In this document: in pieces, positions 1 to 9,199 of the stretch
How positions within the stretch are numbered: the first letter of the stretch is position 1
Layout of the letters: the number at the start of each line of letters is the position of its first letter
IMG/VR virus record: IMGVR_UViG_3300031758_000002
Source: a virus
Taxonomy: Duplodnaviria; Heunggongvirae; Uroviricota; Caudoviricetes
Reading direction: 5' to 3' (one strand)
DNA: 64,000 bases
The notes under the pieces: model-generated
The model's input: the letters and a program-made list of their open reading frames with translations, nothing else
Database searches by the model: none
What the model was told of the DNA's origin: nothing
Translations under genes and position numbers: made by a program

Positions 1-207
1 GTTTTGATGCTTTACCCTCCATCATTTCGGCAATATTTATTTTTGTTGTTGACGTATCATTTAAACCCATTTTGTCTAACAACTCTCCCCACTTTTTCAG
101 TGTTTCTTCCTTATTATTTTTCATCTTATTATCTGTTGTTTTCAATTAACATTACTATACATAAGAATAAAGCTCCACCGCACATTGATATTGCAATCCA
201 TTCCATA

Positions 208-780
208 TCAAATTCTTTTAAGTATTAAACATCCATCAACATCAAGTTTTGGGACTGATTTATATGTTGTTATTTTATTTCCACTCCCTTTTACACCTTT
301 TACAGCACCAATTATTTTAGTTTCATCTATAACTTTTTTCATCACAATCTCAACATCCCATTCAGTTTGTTGTAGTGATGCTGGTTTTAAATCTATTTGA
401 TATGATTCTCTATGTTTTTTAAGTTCATCTTCTCGTTTTAAACCAAAATTAGTGGTGTGACATATAACCTGTGACATAACGCCAGCGTCCCACCCTAACA
501 TAACATCCCCCTCACTAAACCTATTATCACCCATCAACTCAAGTGCTTTTTGGAAACCATATAAAACACCTCTTTTAAATGATTTTGGATTTAATGTTGC
601 ATATTGCCCTGTTAATTCTTCAGCCAACTCATCCAAATCATAACCATTCTCAATGACTTGGCAGTTTTTAATAGATAATGATAATCCTTCTTTATTCAAT
701 GATGTTGACGCGATAACAACCCCCTTGTCATCTTCAAGGATATAGTTTACTTCTGTTTTAATCAATTTTGCTTTCATCAA
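208..780 (-). CDS. hypothetical protein (190 aa)
   Basis: Long ORF in the dominant minus-strand gene block. No recognisable motif. Confidence 0.4.
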   Translation of the reverse strand: MMKAKLIKTEVNYILEDDKGVVIASTSLNKEGLSLSIKNCQVIENGYDLDELAEELTGQYATLNPKSFKRGVLYGFQKALELMGDNRFSEGDVMLGWDAGVMSQVICHTTNFGLKREDELKKHRESYQIDLKPASLQQTEWDVEIVMKKVIDETKIIGAVKGVKGSGNKITTYKSVPKLDVDGCLILKRI

Positions 781-1016
781 TCAATCATTTTATAAGTTGT
801 GGATTTAACTTCTTCACCCTTTCTTTTTTCAACCAGTTTTTTGTATTCTTCAATTTTTTCCAAAGCAAGAGATTCACTACTAAATGAACCACAAAATAAA
901 TTATCCCATCTTATTTCTTGTCGTTTAATCCATCCACCTGAAATGTGTAAATAACCTTTCTGTGGTATATATCGTTTCTCTCCATTGTTTCTTTCTTCAA
1001 TCTTAATTCTATACAT
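777..1016 (-). CDS. hypothetical protein (79 aa)
   Basis: ORF with a 4-bp overlap to the upstream gene, typical of phage operon packing. Confidence 0.3.
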   Translation of the reverse strand: MYRIKIEERNNGEKRYIPQKGYLHISGGWIKRQEIRWDNLFCGSFSSESLALEKIEEYKKLVEKRKGEEVKSTTYKMID

Positions 1017-1024
1017 AACCTTTT

Positions 1025-1282
1025 TTATTTGTGAATTACATAATTAGGTTCTTCAGTACTTTGGAATCTATATATTGGTTGATCATACGCACCTATTTTT
1101 ACAGTACTAACTTGTTCGTACCACTCACTAAATGGACGAGCGTATTGTGATCCAAATGATAATGAACGATACACAACAAGTGGTTCATTTGTCTCCGTGT
1201 GATTACACATACAAATGACTTCATATTGTCCACCTTTGTAATGTTGGTATTTTTCTCCTGGTTTTGGGTATTTTGTTGTCAT
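1025..1282 (-). CDS. DUF1653-like small protein
   Basis: Motifs YQHYKGGQYEV...HTETNEPLVVYRS...ARPFSEW match the DUF1653 consensus (YRHYKGG.Y...HTET.E..VVY). Confidence 0.5.
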   Translation of the reverse strand: MTTKYPKPGEKYQHYKGGQYEVICMCNHTETNEPLVVYRSLSFGSQYARPFSEWYEQVSTVKIGAYDQPIYRFQSTEEPNYVIHK

Positions 1283-1294
1283 TGTTAAAATATA

Positions 1295-1501
1295 TTAAGA
1301 GTTTTTCCATTCTTTCCAAGTATCAAAATCCTTAAGGGATTCCAATCTTTCTTTTTCCATTTCTTTTGCTCTAGTTCCAATTCTATAAACATCATCTTCA
1401 ATAGTGTCTTCATTTAATGTTCCTGTCATATATTGAATCATTAATTTCATTGCCTCGTCTATCAACCATTCTACTGGTGATTGTATATTATTGTTCTCCA
1501 T
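1295..1501 (-). CDS. hypothetical protein; start trimmed to the internal Met (MENNNIQSP) to avoid overlap
   Basis: ORF 1295..1558 overlaps ORF 1488..1673. The internal ATG at 1501 gives a compact arrangement. Confidence 0.3.
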   Translation of the reverse strand: MENNNIQSPVEWLIDEAMKLMIQYMTGTLNEDTIEDDVYRIGTRAKEMEKERLESLKDFDTWKEWKNS

Positions 1502-1673
1502 AATGATCCAATTGTTCTTCGTTGAAGATGTGTAATAATCCGTAATCATCCATTTCACCTACAACACGGATATCACCTTTGATTGTCTCAAATACCCCAA
1601 TTATTGTACAGGGGAATTTATAACCTTTTGGTTTCCACGCCTTGTCTCCTACCTTAAATTTTGTTTCTCTCAT
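1488..1673 (-). CDS. hypothetical protein (61 aa)
   Basis: ORF in the block. KVGDKAWKP is a KOW-like sequence, a weak hint only. Confidence 0.3.
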   Translation of the reverse strand: MRETKFKVGDKAWKPKGYKFPCTIIGVFETIKGDIRVVGEMDDYGLLHIFNEEQLDHYGEQ

Positions 1674-1711
1674 AATTCTTTTTTCTAATAATAAGAAATT
1701 AATATGAAATA

Positions 1712-1740
1712 AAAAACCCCTCCGATTAAGGAAGGGTTAA
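1712..1740 (-). terminator. rho-independent terminator (hairpin CCCTTCC-loop-GGAGGGG plus T-run on the minus strand)
   Basis: Plus strand reads AAAAAACCCCTCCGATTAAGGAAGGGTT, immediately downstream of the gene ending at 1757. Confidence 0.5.
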
Positions 1741-1756
1741 GTATTTTGAATCTTTT

Positions 1757-2026
1757 TTATTTTGTTAATTCAATTTCTTCGTAAAGATTATTGTTTTCTG
1801 CGGAATTTACTCCATAATATTCTAACACCACATTACAACCACATTCAGAGTTAAACCTTGAGGTATCGGTGATTAAAATTTTATCACCACTAACCTTATG
1901 TGTTACAAAGTCACCTGGACTAAATTTAAACTTTCGTTTGTAATATTCTTCATCACTACAACCACATCCTGTTAGAAATAGGATGGTAACAACTATTATC
2001 ACCATCCCAAATAATCCCTTAACCAT
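1757..2026 (-). CDS. putative lipoprotein (89 aa)
   Basis: N-terminal hydrophobic stretch followed by a LTGCGCS lipobox-like sequence. Confidence 0.45.
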   Translation of the reverse strand: MVKGLFGMVIIVVTILFLTGCGCSDEEYYKRKFKFSPGDFVTHKVSGDKILITDTSRFNSECGCNVVLEYYGVNSAENNNLYEEIELTK

Positions 2027-2976
2027 TATTTATTCAAGTTTAAGAACATTCCTGAATTACCTGCCACCGTTGTTGGTAACTTCCCATCCCACGAATTTGC
2101 TTTCAAATATTCAATATACAACGGTGTTAACCTATCTTGTTTAATCTTGATTGCAAGTGCTGCGGCATTGGCATTAATAACTGTCTCAGCAGAATCCGCT
2201 CTTGCCACCGCAACCTTTCTTTTACCTTCCGCGATTGCTGCGATTGCCTGTTGTTCTGACGCTTCAGCCTGTTGTATCGCCTTTGTCTTTGCGATAATTG
2301 ATTCTTGTAACGCTTCAGGTGGTGTAATATTCGTTCTCAACTGTGAAACATCAAACCATTTTGTCAATCGTTTATTACATTCCGCCACGATTGCCGCCTC
2401 AAATTGTTGACGATTACTAAAGATACTATCAACTTCCCATTTATTTGCTTCATCATTAACTGCTCCAACGATTGCATTTTTCAACCATCCTTGTTCAATA
2501 TCTTTAACCTCAAGACGAAGATTAACGAACATATCACCAATCGCATCAGGTTTTAATGAGTAGTTAAATGATGGTTTAATTGTTGCTGAGAATCCACCTT
2601 TTGTAATTACCACCTGATCATCATACTCAATATGTTGTTGGTAAGTTGGGAACTCAAGAACTTGTTTAAACCAAGTATTATACATAACCCACCCTGTTGT
2701 ATATTGGTAATTTTGTACACCTCTGTTGTCACCAGTTAAGTTTACAATAATACCCTTATGTCCCGCATCAATTCTTTCAACCGCAAATGGTTGGAATAAC
2801 GATACAAGAGTTCCAAAGACAAAAATACCAAGTGGTTTAAATAACCACGCCGCATTAAACTTTTCTCTATTATCTCCCCATCTGTCTGTACTTGTTACAT
2901 ACATATTACCTCTTGTTTTCATTGCGAATACTACCGCCGCAATCAAACACACTACAAAAATTACTGTACTAATCAT
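2026..2976 (-). CDS. SPFH/band-7 (prohibitin/HflK-like) membrane protein
   Basis: N-terminal TM helix, then a band-7 core and an Ala/Glu/Gln-rich coiled coil (QQAEASEQQAIAAIAEGKRKVAVARADSAE) typical of HflK/C and stomatin. Locally GC-richer DNA. Confidence 0.65.
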   Translation of the reverse strand: MISTVIFVVCLIAAVVFAMKTRGNMYVTSTDRWGDNREKFNAAWLFKPLGIFVFGTLVSLFQPFAVERIDAGHKGIIVNLTGDNRGVQNYQYTTGWVMYNTWFKQVLEFPTYQQHIEYDDQVVITKGGFSATIKPSFNYSLKPDAIGDMFVNLRLEVKDIEQGWLKNAIVGAVNDEANKWEVDSIFSNRQQFEAAIVAECNKRLTKWFDVSQLRTNITPPEALQESIIAKTKAIQQAEASEQQAIAAIAEGKRKVAVARADSAETVINANAAALAIKIKQDRLTPLYIEYLKANSWDGKLPTTVAGNSGMFLNLNK

Positions 2977-3167
2977 TTTTCTTCTTTCTTATTGTTTGTT
3001 AAAATTTTTATTGTTTCGTTTCCCATTATTCCAAAGATCCCTACCATACCAACGAAACCTAAAAGTTGGAGGAACCCGTTAACATTTCTACTTACGACAT
3101 ACTCACCGTAAAGTGATGCGATGACAATAAATGTCAACCACATCAAAAATAATTTAAAATATTTCAT
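2973..3167 (-). CDS. small membrane protein (64 aa, 2 TM)
   Basis: Two hydrophobic helices. 4-bp overlap with the SPFH gene. Confidence 0.4.
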   Translation of the reverse strand: MKYFKLFLMWLTFIVIASLYGEYVVSRNVNGFLQLLGFVGMVGIFGIMGNETIKILTNNKKEEK

Positions 3168-3212
3168 ACTGATTTTTTTATATTGATTACAATACTACTA
3201 AAAAAATTTGAA

Positions 3213-3842
3213 TTATCCAAATGTTTGGATCTTTGCATTCACCTCAACTAAATCCGTCCAAGTACCTAAGTATGTTACCGCCCTTACTTTTCTATTATCA
3301 ATCCAAACATATTCTTGATTATCACTAATTCTTGGTTTGTCCATAATTAATTGATGAAATTTGAATCCATGTTCCCAAAGCCATTTTAATGTAACCACTC
3401 TATCCTTTTCCTCCCTTGCGGTAAAAAAAGTAATGGTGTGTCCTTCTTCCGCCCATTTATTAATCTGTTCCAATGATCCCTGAATAACTTTTGCAGTTGG
3501 GTATAGGTGAGAGTCCTCGTTCTTAATGTCATCACAAATTGTTCCATCAATGTCAATCAAGAATATTTTTGATTTAGGTTTGTTTGGTATGTTTATTTTC
3601 CCAACAAACTTATGATACCCTTTTTGAGTTTTTTCATCATAGTAACAAACAGGTATTACATCAAAATCTACTTCCATTAACTTGGGTGGATTTGTTTCTT
3701 TAACCCATTCTTTACTTTCATCAGATAAACTAAATGATTGTCCATTAACATCCCACTCTTTTGTTGTCTTTAACCACCACCCACCTGGTGATGTATATCC
3801 GTTATCTTCAAATGGTTCGTAATATTTTAAATAACCTTTCAT
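3213..3842 (-). CDS. HAD-superfamily phosphatase (nucleotidase / PNK-phosphatase-like) with N-terminal extension
   Basis: HAD motif I FLIDIDGTICDD, motif II FFTAR, a Lys motif (MDKPR) and a terminal acidic motif (WIDN). Confidence 0.6.
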   Translation of the reverse strand: MKGYLKYYEPFEDNGYTSPGGWWLKTTKEWDVNGQSFSLSDESKEWVKETNPPKLMEVDFDVIPVCYYDEKTQKGYHKFVGKINIPNKPKSKIFLIDIDGTICDDIKNEDSHLYPTAKVIQGSLEQINKWAEEGHTITFFTAREEKDRVVTLKWLWEHGFKFHQLIMDKPRISDNQEYVWIDNRKVRAVTYLGTWTDLVEVNAKIQTFG

Positions 3843-4102
3843 ATTAATCCTAACTCCTTTCTATACTTTTTCATTTTATCTCTTGCAATTTGAAACTCGT
3901 CATTATCACAAGCCTTATGTCCTTTCATAATTGCCTCCAATATTTTTGACTCATTATCACAGATATAAGAAATTTTTTCAACATTACTTAACCCATCATC
4001 CAAAGTTTCATCAAACCAATACTTAACATTTTCTACTTTATTACCGTTAAGTTTTTCAAGTAATTCAAGTACTTCTGAATATGTAAAATTATCCTTAATC
4101 AC
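3839..4102 (-). CDS. hypothetical protein (87 aa)
   Basis: ORF with 4-bp overlap. Confidence 0.3.
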   Translation of the reverse strand: MIKDNFTYSEVLELLEKLNGNKVENVKYWFDETLDDGLSNVEKISYICDNESKILEAIMKGHKACDNDEFQIARDKMKKYRKELGLI

Positions 4103-4231
4103 AATTAATAATAAATGTATTTATCATGATCCCTATCTTCTTCTTTTTCTTTAATTGGTTTTTTAACGCTTTCAATCACAATTTTAATTGTCTCTGGAAA
4201 TAGTTGATTCATTCCCACACCAAAACAAACT

Positions 4232-4543
4232 TCAATGACATTTTTTTCCTTCATAACTGTTTAATGTTTTTAGATTCCATTTTATTTCATATTCTTTTTT
4301 TTTATATGTTCCCATATATGTTGGGACGATAATAGTATCTTTAATATCTAAACAGAAGGTGTCTGCGGGTATTTCCAAACAAAGCCAACCATCACTACTA
4401 TGGTAGTGCCAATGATCGGGTTGTTGTACTAATGTATCAGACCATTCAACAGGATACTTTTCAAGATAATAAACATCAACATATGTTGTTCTACACCCAA
4501 TAAGAATAGAGATTAATCCAACAATAAACAATAGTTTTTTCAT
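4232..4543 (-). CDS. putative lipoprotein (103 aa)
   Basis: Signal peptide MKKLLFIVGLISILIGC with a lipobox Cys. Confidence 0.45.
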   Translation of the reverse strand: MKKLLFIVGLISILIGCRTTYVDVYYLEKYPVEWSDTLVQQPDHWHYHSSDGWLCLEIPADTFCLDIKDTIIVPTYMGTYKKKEYEIKWNLKTLNSYEGKKCH

Positions 4544-4797
4544 TATTTAATTATCGCTTTTTCCAATGTGTTAATTAATACCTGAACTTTTTCCATCTTA
4601 TAAAATCTAATAGATGGATCAGTATTAAATATTTCAACATACCATTCTTCACCTACCAATTCTCCTTTGGATGGTGTAATAAGTGTTAATCCATTTACCA
4701 CATCATACGCATAGTAATAATCAGGATTTTCTTGTCCTTCAAAATCAATAATTTCTTCACTTTTAAACCCTAAAAGTATTAGTTCTCTCTCAGTCAT
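4543..4797 (-). CDS. hypothetical protein (84 aa)
   Basis: ORF, 1-bp overlap. Confidence 0.3.
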   Translation of the reverse strand: MTERELILLGFKSEEIIDFEGQENPDYYYAYDVVNGLTLITPSKGELVGEEWYVEIFNTDPSIRFYKMEKVQVLINTLEKAIIK

Positions 4798-4899
4798 TTT
4801 TTCTAAGTTTTTTTTTAATTCGTTTAATAATTATTCCTTTAATGTAATGATCCAATTCAAACATATAAGGAATGTGCATTCTCATCCAATCCCAAAGTC

Positions 4900-5139
4900 T
4901 TAACATTTTTCTTCAATTTTAATTCTGTCGTGTTTATTTTTAAATTGATATAATATCCTTACCAAATCTTCAATAGAATCAAATGCCCATCTTTGAGTTT
5001 CAATAACAAAGAAGTCTCCACCACCACCATTCTGTGTTTTAACTGTAATGAATTGATATTCATTTGAACAACAATCGTTGTCCTGAGTAAATGTGATTTT
5101 AAATTCTTGATCAATAATAGAAGGTTTATCTGACATCAT
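4900..5139 (-). CDS. hypothetical protein (79 aa)
   Basis: ORF. Confidence 0.3.
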   Translation of the reverse strand: MMSDKPSIIDQEFKITFTQDNDCCSNEYQFITVKTQNGGGGDFFVIETQRWAFDSIEDLVRILYQFKNKHDRIKIEEKC

Positions 5140-5398
5140 TCATAATTTTATCTGTGAATACATTTTCATTAACATCGTGTTTACCAAGGTTATAAGAAAC
5201 ATAAGTCTTGTCCTCATAATAAACACGAATCATAAGGAACCCTAATTCTGAAATATACACTGTTTCAATTTCACCAACACCCTTTGGTGTGTTAATCTTT
5301 GGATTCTTCATTTCACAAATATAATAAAAATTTTTAATTCTCAAACATATCTTCACACCAAATTGGTGTTTTTTCTCCAACATAGGATCCACTAACAT
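5126..5398 (-). CDS. hypothetical protein (90 aa)
   Basis: ORF. Confidence 0.3.
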   Translation of the reverse strand: MLVDPMLEKKHQFGVKICLRIKNFYYICEMKNPKINTPKGVGEIETVYISELGFLMIRVYYEDKTYVSYNLGKHDVNENVFTDKIMNDVR

Positions 5399-5585
5399 TA
5401 AAACTGAAATGTTCTAAGGCATCTTCCAAAGTCATATCTTCTTCGGTGATTAAGATTTCAATACATTTTCTCACAGAATAAATTAATCTCATTGATTTTT
5501 CATCAATTCCAATTACCGCATCGTCAAATCCATCCGCCTTCAGGATTTCCTCATCTTGATAATACTCCACAATTTCTTCTAACAT
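5334..5585 (-). CDS. hypothetical acidic protein (83 aa)
   Basis: ORF. Overlaps the previous one, so the start is uncertain. Confidence 0.25.
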   Translation of the reverse strand: MLEEIVEYYQDEEILKADGFDDAVIGIDEKSMRLIYSVRKCIEILITEEDMTLEDALEHFSFNVSGSYVGEKTPIWCEDMFEN

Positions 5586-5698
5586 AATACTTAATCTTTA
5601 CAACAAACATCAAAAATTATTTGTGCGGTAATAACTATAATGGTTAAACCAATTACAGATAAATGCATAACTTGTTCAATAATACTTAACATACTTCT

Positions 5699-6052
5699 TT
5701 ATATTACTATTTTATTATCAACTAAAATAGGTTGTGGTAATCCATCTCCCCATCCAACATTTTCAAATGCTTTCGGGTTAGTGAATTCATCTTCCATCTC
5801 CAATTCAAACTCTCCACCACTACTTAGTATCTCTGTTAATTTTTTTAATGAATTCTCATCATTAGGTACTTGATTAGGTGTTGCCATTATTTTTAGACAT
5901 TCACTTAATTCTTTTCTTGTCTCACCACCAACACAAGTTTTAATCTCATTGTTTGGGGTTAGATATAAATCATTTTTCATTATTGGTTGTTTTGCAACCA
6001 CATACGGTAACTCATTTGGATCAACCAATACCAACTTTACACTTTTTCTCAT
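5699..6052 (-). CDS. hypothetical protein (117 aa)
   Basis: ORF. Confidence 0.35.
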   Translation of the reverse strand: MRKSVKLVLVDPNELPYVVAKQPIMKNDLYLTPNNEIKTCVGGETRKELSECLKIMATPNQVPNDENSLKKLTEILSSGGEFELEMEDEFTNPKAFENVGWGDGLPQPILVDNKIVI

Positions 6053-6357
6053 TTTTCCACTTTTTTATAGATGTATTTCCAATTATAATTTCCACATTGT
6101 CCACAAGAATCTCCTTCATCAGATTCTTCCGTATCGTATTCGTATTTTTCAGAAGTAGTAACAACCATTTCAGCAATCTGATACCAATCATTCATACCGA
6201 GTTTATCCTTTAATGATTTTAATTCATCAATTAATTCGTCCTGTAAGTCAGTAATCATTTCAGGTTTCCTGTTATCATATTCGTGCATGAATAAAGACTC
6301 ATCATCCACCATAACATCAGGTCCAAAACAACCCTCACTAATTTCAATTTTTTTCAT
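6049..6357 (-). CDS. hypothetical acidic protein with C-terminal CxxC (102 aa)
   Basis: ORF. CGQCGN motif. Confidence 0.35.
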   Translation of the reverse strand: MKKIEISEGCFGPDVMVDDESLFMHEYDNRKPEMITDLQDELIDELKSLKDKLGMNDWYQIAEMVVTTSEKYEYDTEESDEGDSCGQCGNYNWKYIYKKVEK

Positions 6358-6695
6358 AACCCTAATCTATGATTTCTGTTCATTTCTAAAATAAACTTTT
6401 TTAGACTTTCAACTATTATATCGGCATCCATTTTTTTATACAAATCAGGATATCTTTCCACAAGTAATTTATTTTCTTCAAGTTCATTACAACTGGTAAG
6501 TATATCCTCTAACATTGATTTGAAGATGTGTTCTTTATCTTTCTCCATATTTTTTTCAAATATCATACCCTCAAGTTCTTGAGTATAATCAATTAACTCT
6601 TCAACAGGATGTAAATCTATTAGATGTTCATTACCTTTAAATATTTCATATATACTCTTCATAGTGTTTATTACATAATGTTCTATACCAACCAA
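6354..6695 (-). CDS. hypothetical protein (113 aa)
   Basis: ORF. Confidence 0.35.
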   Translation of the reverse strand: MVGIEHYVINTMKSIYEIFKGNEHLIDLHPVEELIDYTQELEGMIFEKNMEKDKEHIFKSMLEDILTSCNELEENKLLVERYPDLYKKMDADIIVESLKKFILEMNRNHRLGL

Positions 6696-7041
6696 TATCT
6701 GTTCTCATATTACCCTTTTCACCACAGGTTTCACAGATTTCATAACTATCTTTTTCAGCTTTAACAATTCTTTCATAAATCTCGTTAGAACCTTCATTAA
6801 TATAAAATCTAAGACCACCAAATTTTTCTTTAACTTGACAAGTTTGTTTGTTCCACCCAAGTTTAATTAAATCCTCAATTAATTCTTTAATTAATGGGTA
6901 CCAACCACTATCAACACCAAAGAATCCACATTTTGTAATCGGTGGTCTGTCTGTGTAATACCCATTCTCAAGTCCGCCTATGGACTCAAGGTATTTATTC
7001 ATTTCTTCTTTAGTCATATCAATATTTTTTACAATTCCCAA
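6646..7041 (-). CDS. hypothetical protein with C-terminal Cys cluster (131 aa)
   Basis: CETCGEK...CNKH zinc-ribbon-like sequence. Confidence 0.35.
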   Translation of the reverse strand: MGIVKNIDMTKEEMNKYLESIGGLENGYYTDRPPITKCGFFGVDSGWYPLIKELIEDLIKLGWNKQTCQVKEKFGGLRFYINEGSNEIYERIVKAEKDSYEICETCGEKGNMRTDIGWYRTLCNKHYEEYI

Positions 7042-7203
7042 ATATCTTTTTTTCTTTTTTTGGTAAACTTAAATGAAAACCATAAAATAACTTTTTGAAT
7101 TCCTCTTTTAAATGTTTTCATCTCTTTATATTTTGATTTTGGGAATCTCCCGTGATTCCCCATACTATCATAATCAGCACACCCAACTATATCCTTCATT
7201 TTA

Positions 7204-7785
7204 TTAATCTTTCAAATATTTTAATATCTTTTCTTTAACCCCAGATTGTTTAATACCTTCGTTTGATTTTGGTGTCAATACAAAATTATCTATCGCCCAC
7301 TCATCTTTCCAGGGTTCACCAATTTTACCCATATTCAAGTCATCAATAGAGACCCAATGAGTTACTTCAGGGTGATCATGAAGATATTGTCTAATTTCAA
7401 TTGTTCGTGTTTGTTCTAAATCCCATCGTGGGGACCAAATAAATAAATTACCATGAACTGTACACGTACCTATGTTTGGTGTTAATGATATTGGTTTTTT
7501 ACTTATTCCGTGTAACTCATAGTACTCACCAAGTTCTTCTAGTGTAGCGTGTAGTTTCCAATCTGAAGATACCACAATCTCAGCTCCTGTTTCTTCAAGA
7601 ATTTCATTAAGAACTTTAACCGACTTAGTGTCAAAATCATCAAAACGAAAAGATACTGGAGCGTCTTTTTTTTCCTTACTACTATCAGGGTTTTCACTAC
7701 GATAGTTTGCCCATTTTTTCGTTCGTCCTCCCCAATTATTGGAAAGACAAATAACTCCATCGTGATCCAAAAATATAACTTTCAT
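7204..7785 (-). CDS. HAD-like phosphatase
   Basis: Motif I VIFLDHDGVI and a late acidic motif WVSIDDLN. Confidence 0.55.
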   Translation of the reverse strand: MKVIFLDHDGVICLSNNWGGRTKKWANYRSENPDSSKEKKDAPVSFRFDDFDTKSVKVLNEILEETGAEIVVSSDWKLHATLEELGEYYELHGISKKPISLTPNIGTCTVHGNLFIWSPRWDLEQTRTIEIRQYLHDHPEVTHWVSIDDLNMGKIGEPWKDEWAIDNFVLTPKSNEGIKQSGVKEKILKYLKD

Positions 7786-8024
7786 TACCCCTCAATTTTG
7801 TTTATGAATGATTGTCGTTTGGATGTTACCATTGCCTCAAGTGGCCAAATAACACTATACTGATAATCTCCCCAATACTTGTCAGGAGTGTCTCTCCTTA
7901 GTTGATCATTAAAATTTCTAATCAATTTTTTGGCAGTAAAAGTTTGTTGGTATGTCTCACAAGAGTCAATAACCTTTTCAATCCATTTTGCAACATCTCC
8001 GTAGTGATTACTTCTTTTTTCCAT
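7785..8024 (-). CDS. hypothetical protein (79 aa)
   Basis: ORF, 1-bp overlap. Confidence 0.3.
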   Translation of the reverse strand: MEKRSNHYGDVAKWIEKVIDSCETYQQTFTAKKLIRNFNDQLRRDTPDKYWGDYQYSVIWPLEAMVTSKRQSFINKIEG

Positions 8025-8235
8025 ATTCTTTAATTATTTTTTCAATTTCTTCCATTGTGAACCATATCTTATGTTCACTTTCGTGTACCTCACGAAAATA
8101 CTCAATTAATTCTTCAACATTCATTACATATTTTTTTTGTGTTTAAAAAAATACGCAATTAATAAAACTAATGATGTATATAATACAAACAACAATAATC
8201 CCATATCACAAATATAATAATTTTTTTTATATAAA

Positions 8236-8265
8236 ACAAACCCCCAACTTACATTGGGGGTTTTA
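8236..8265 (-). terminator. rho-independent terminator (CCCCCAA-loop-TTGGGGG), bidirectional-looking
   Basis: Plus strand reads AAAACAAACCCCCAACTTACATTGGGGGTTTTAT, downstream of the gene ending at 8445. Confidence 0.6.
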
Positions 8266-8444
8266 TATAGTTTGTTTCAAAGATTAAAATAGGTCAAAAA
8301 AAGAGTTTTAAGCTTTAATAAAATGCAGGTTGAGTATTTGAATGTTCAATTTTAGTGGACTATTTCTATATCATAATCAATTATCAAATCAGCCGATCGT
8401 ATAGTTAGAAAAACCAATACTTTTAACCTTATCCCCAAACCATA

Positions 8445-8879
8445 TTAAATCTCAGTGGTTGCATTGAAAATATCCAACTTATCTTGGATGTTCTCAATTC
8501 TATCCTCCATTGACTTAACCATTTCATTTCTTGTTACCAATGAAATTTCAGATGTCATCACCAATTCACTCTCCATTCGGTATCTATCTTTGTTTGATTT
8601 ACCTTCGGTACAATCCATTTTCTTAAGAGCCTGAATCATTGACTTCAATTCTGACATATAAAAAATGTCCCCCAACACCGGAGTGTTTGCCTTATGGATT
8701 TTAGATTTTAATTCAGCCAACTCTAAAGTGTCTTTACTGATTTGGTTGAATAATACTTCCGTGCTATATGGTCGTTGGTTACCTACTTCAACAGAGTTGT
8801 ACTGTTGCATTAATTTTGTATTCTCACCAATACTTTTGACGAGTTTATTTTTTGCTTTTAACGCTTGTTTAATTGTCAT
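8445..8879 (-). CDS. hypothetical protein (144 aa)
   Basis: ORF. Confidence 0.4.
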   Translation of the reverse strand: MTIKQALKAKNKLVKSIGENTKLMQQYNSVEVGNQRPYSTEVLFNQISKDTLELAELKSKIHKANTPVLGDIFYMSELKSMIQALKKMDCTEGKSNKDRYRMESELVMTSEISLVTRNEMVKSMEDRIENIQDKLDIFNATTEI

Positions 8880-8951
8880 AACTTTATTTTTTATAAGTGA
8901 AAGTTTAGGTTTTTTATTTTATTGTGTCAATAGTAAACTAAAATTTTATTT

Positions 8952-9158
8952 TTAAATAAGATGTTCATTCCCATTCAATATGTTAACAATCTTTCTTGCC
9001 AAAGTATGTTCTTCAGTATGGTAAAAAGTATCATTATTGTTTCGTAGATATCTTCTACTCCAATATTTAATAAACAAAAGATCCACTTTTTTTTCAATTA
9101 TGAATCTTTTGTTTCGTTCATCAAGAACCATCCTATATTTTCTTTTACCCAATCTCAC
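8952..9158 (-). CDS. hypothetical basic protein (68 aa)
   Basis: ORF. Confidence 0.3.
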   Translation of the reverse strand: MRLGKRKYRMVLDERNKRFIIEKKVDLLFIKYWSRRYLRNNNDTFYHTEEHTLARKIVNILNGNEHLI

Positions 9159-9199
9159 TTTGCAAATATAGTAAAAGACTTTAATTAAAACAAATTTAT

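Noticed and set aside
2147-2410. Plus-strand ORFs antisense to long minus-strand genes (e.g. 2147..2410, 11342..11971, 37310..37618, 55140..55550, 56670..57398)
   Set aside because: They lie wholly inside well-supported minus-strand genes and have low-complexity, Ser/Leu/Phe-rich translations typical of antisense frames in AT-rich DNA.
8025-8445. tRNA gene in the largest intergenic gap
   Set aside because: No GTTCGAATC-type T-loop or cloverleaf-compatible stems were found by eye. The region contains only a terminator hairpin and AT-rich sequence. A tRNAscan run would be needed to be certain.
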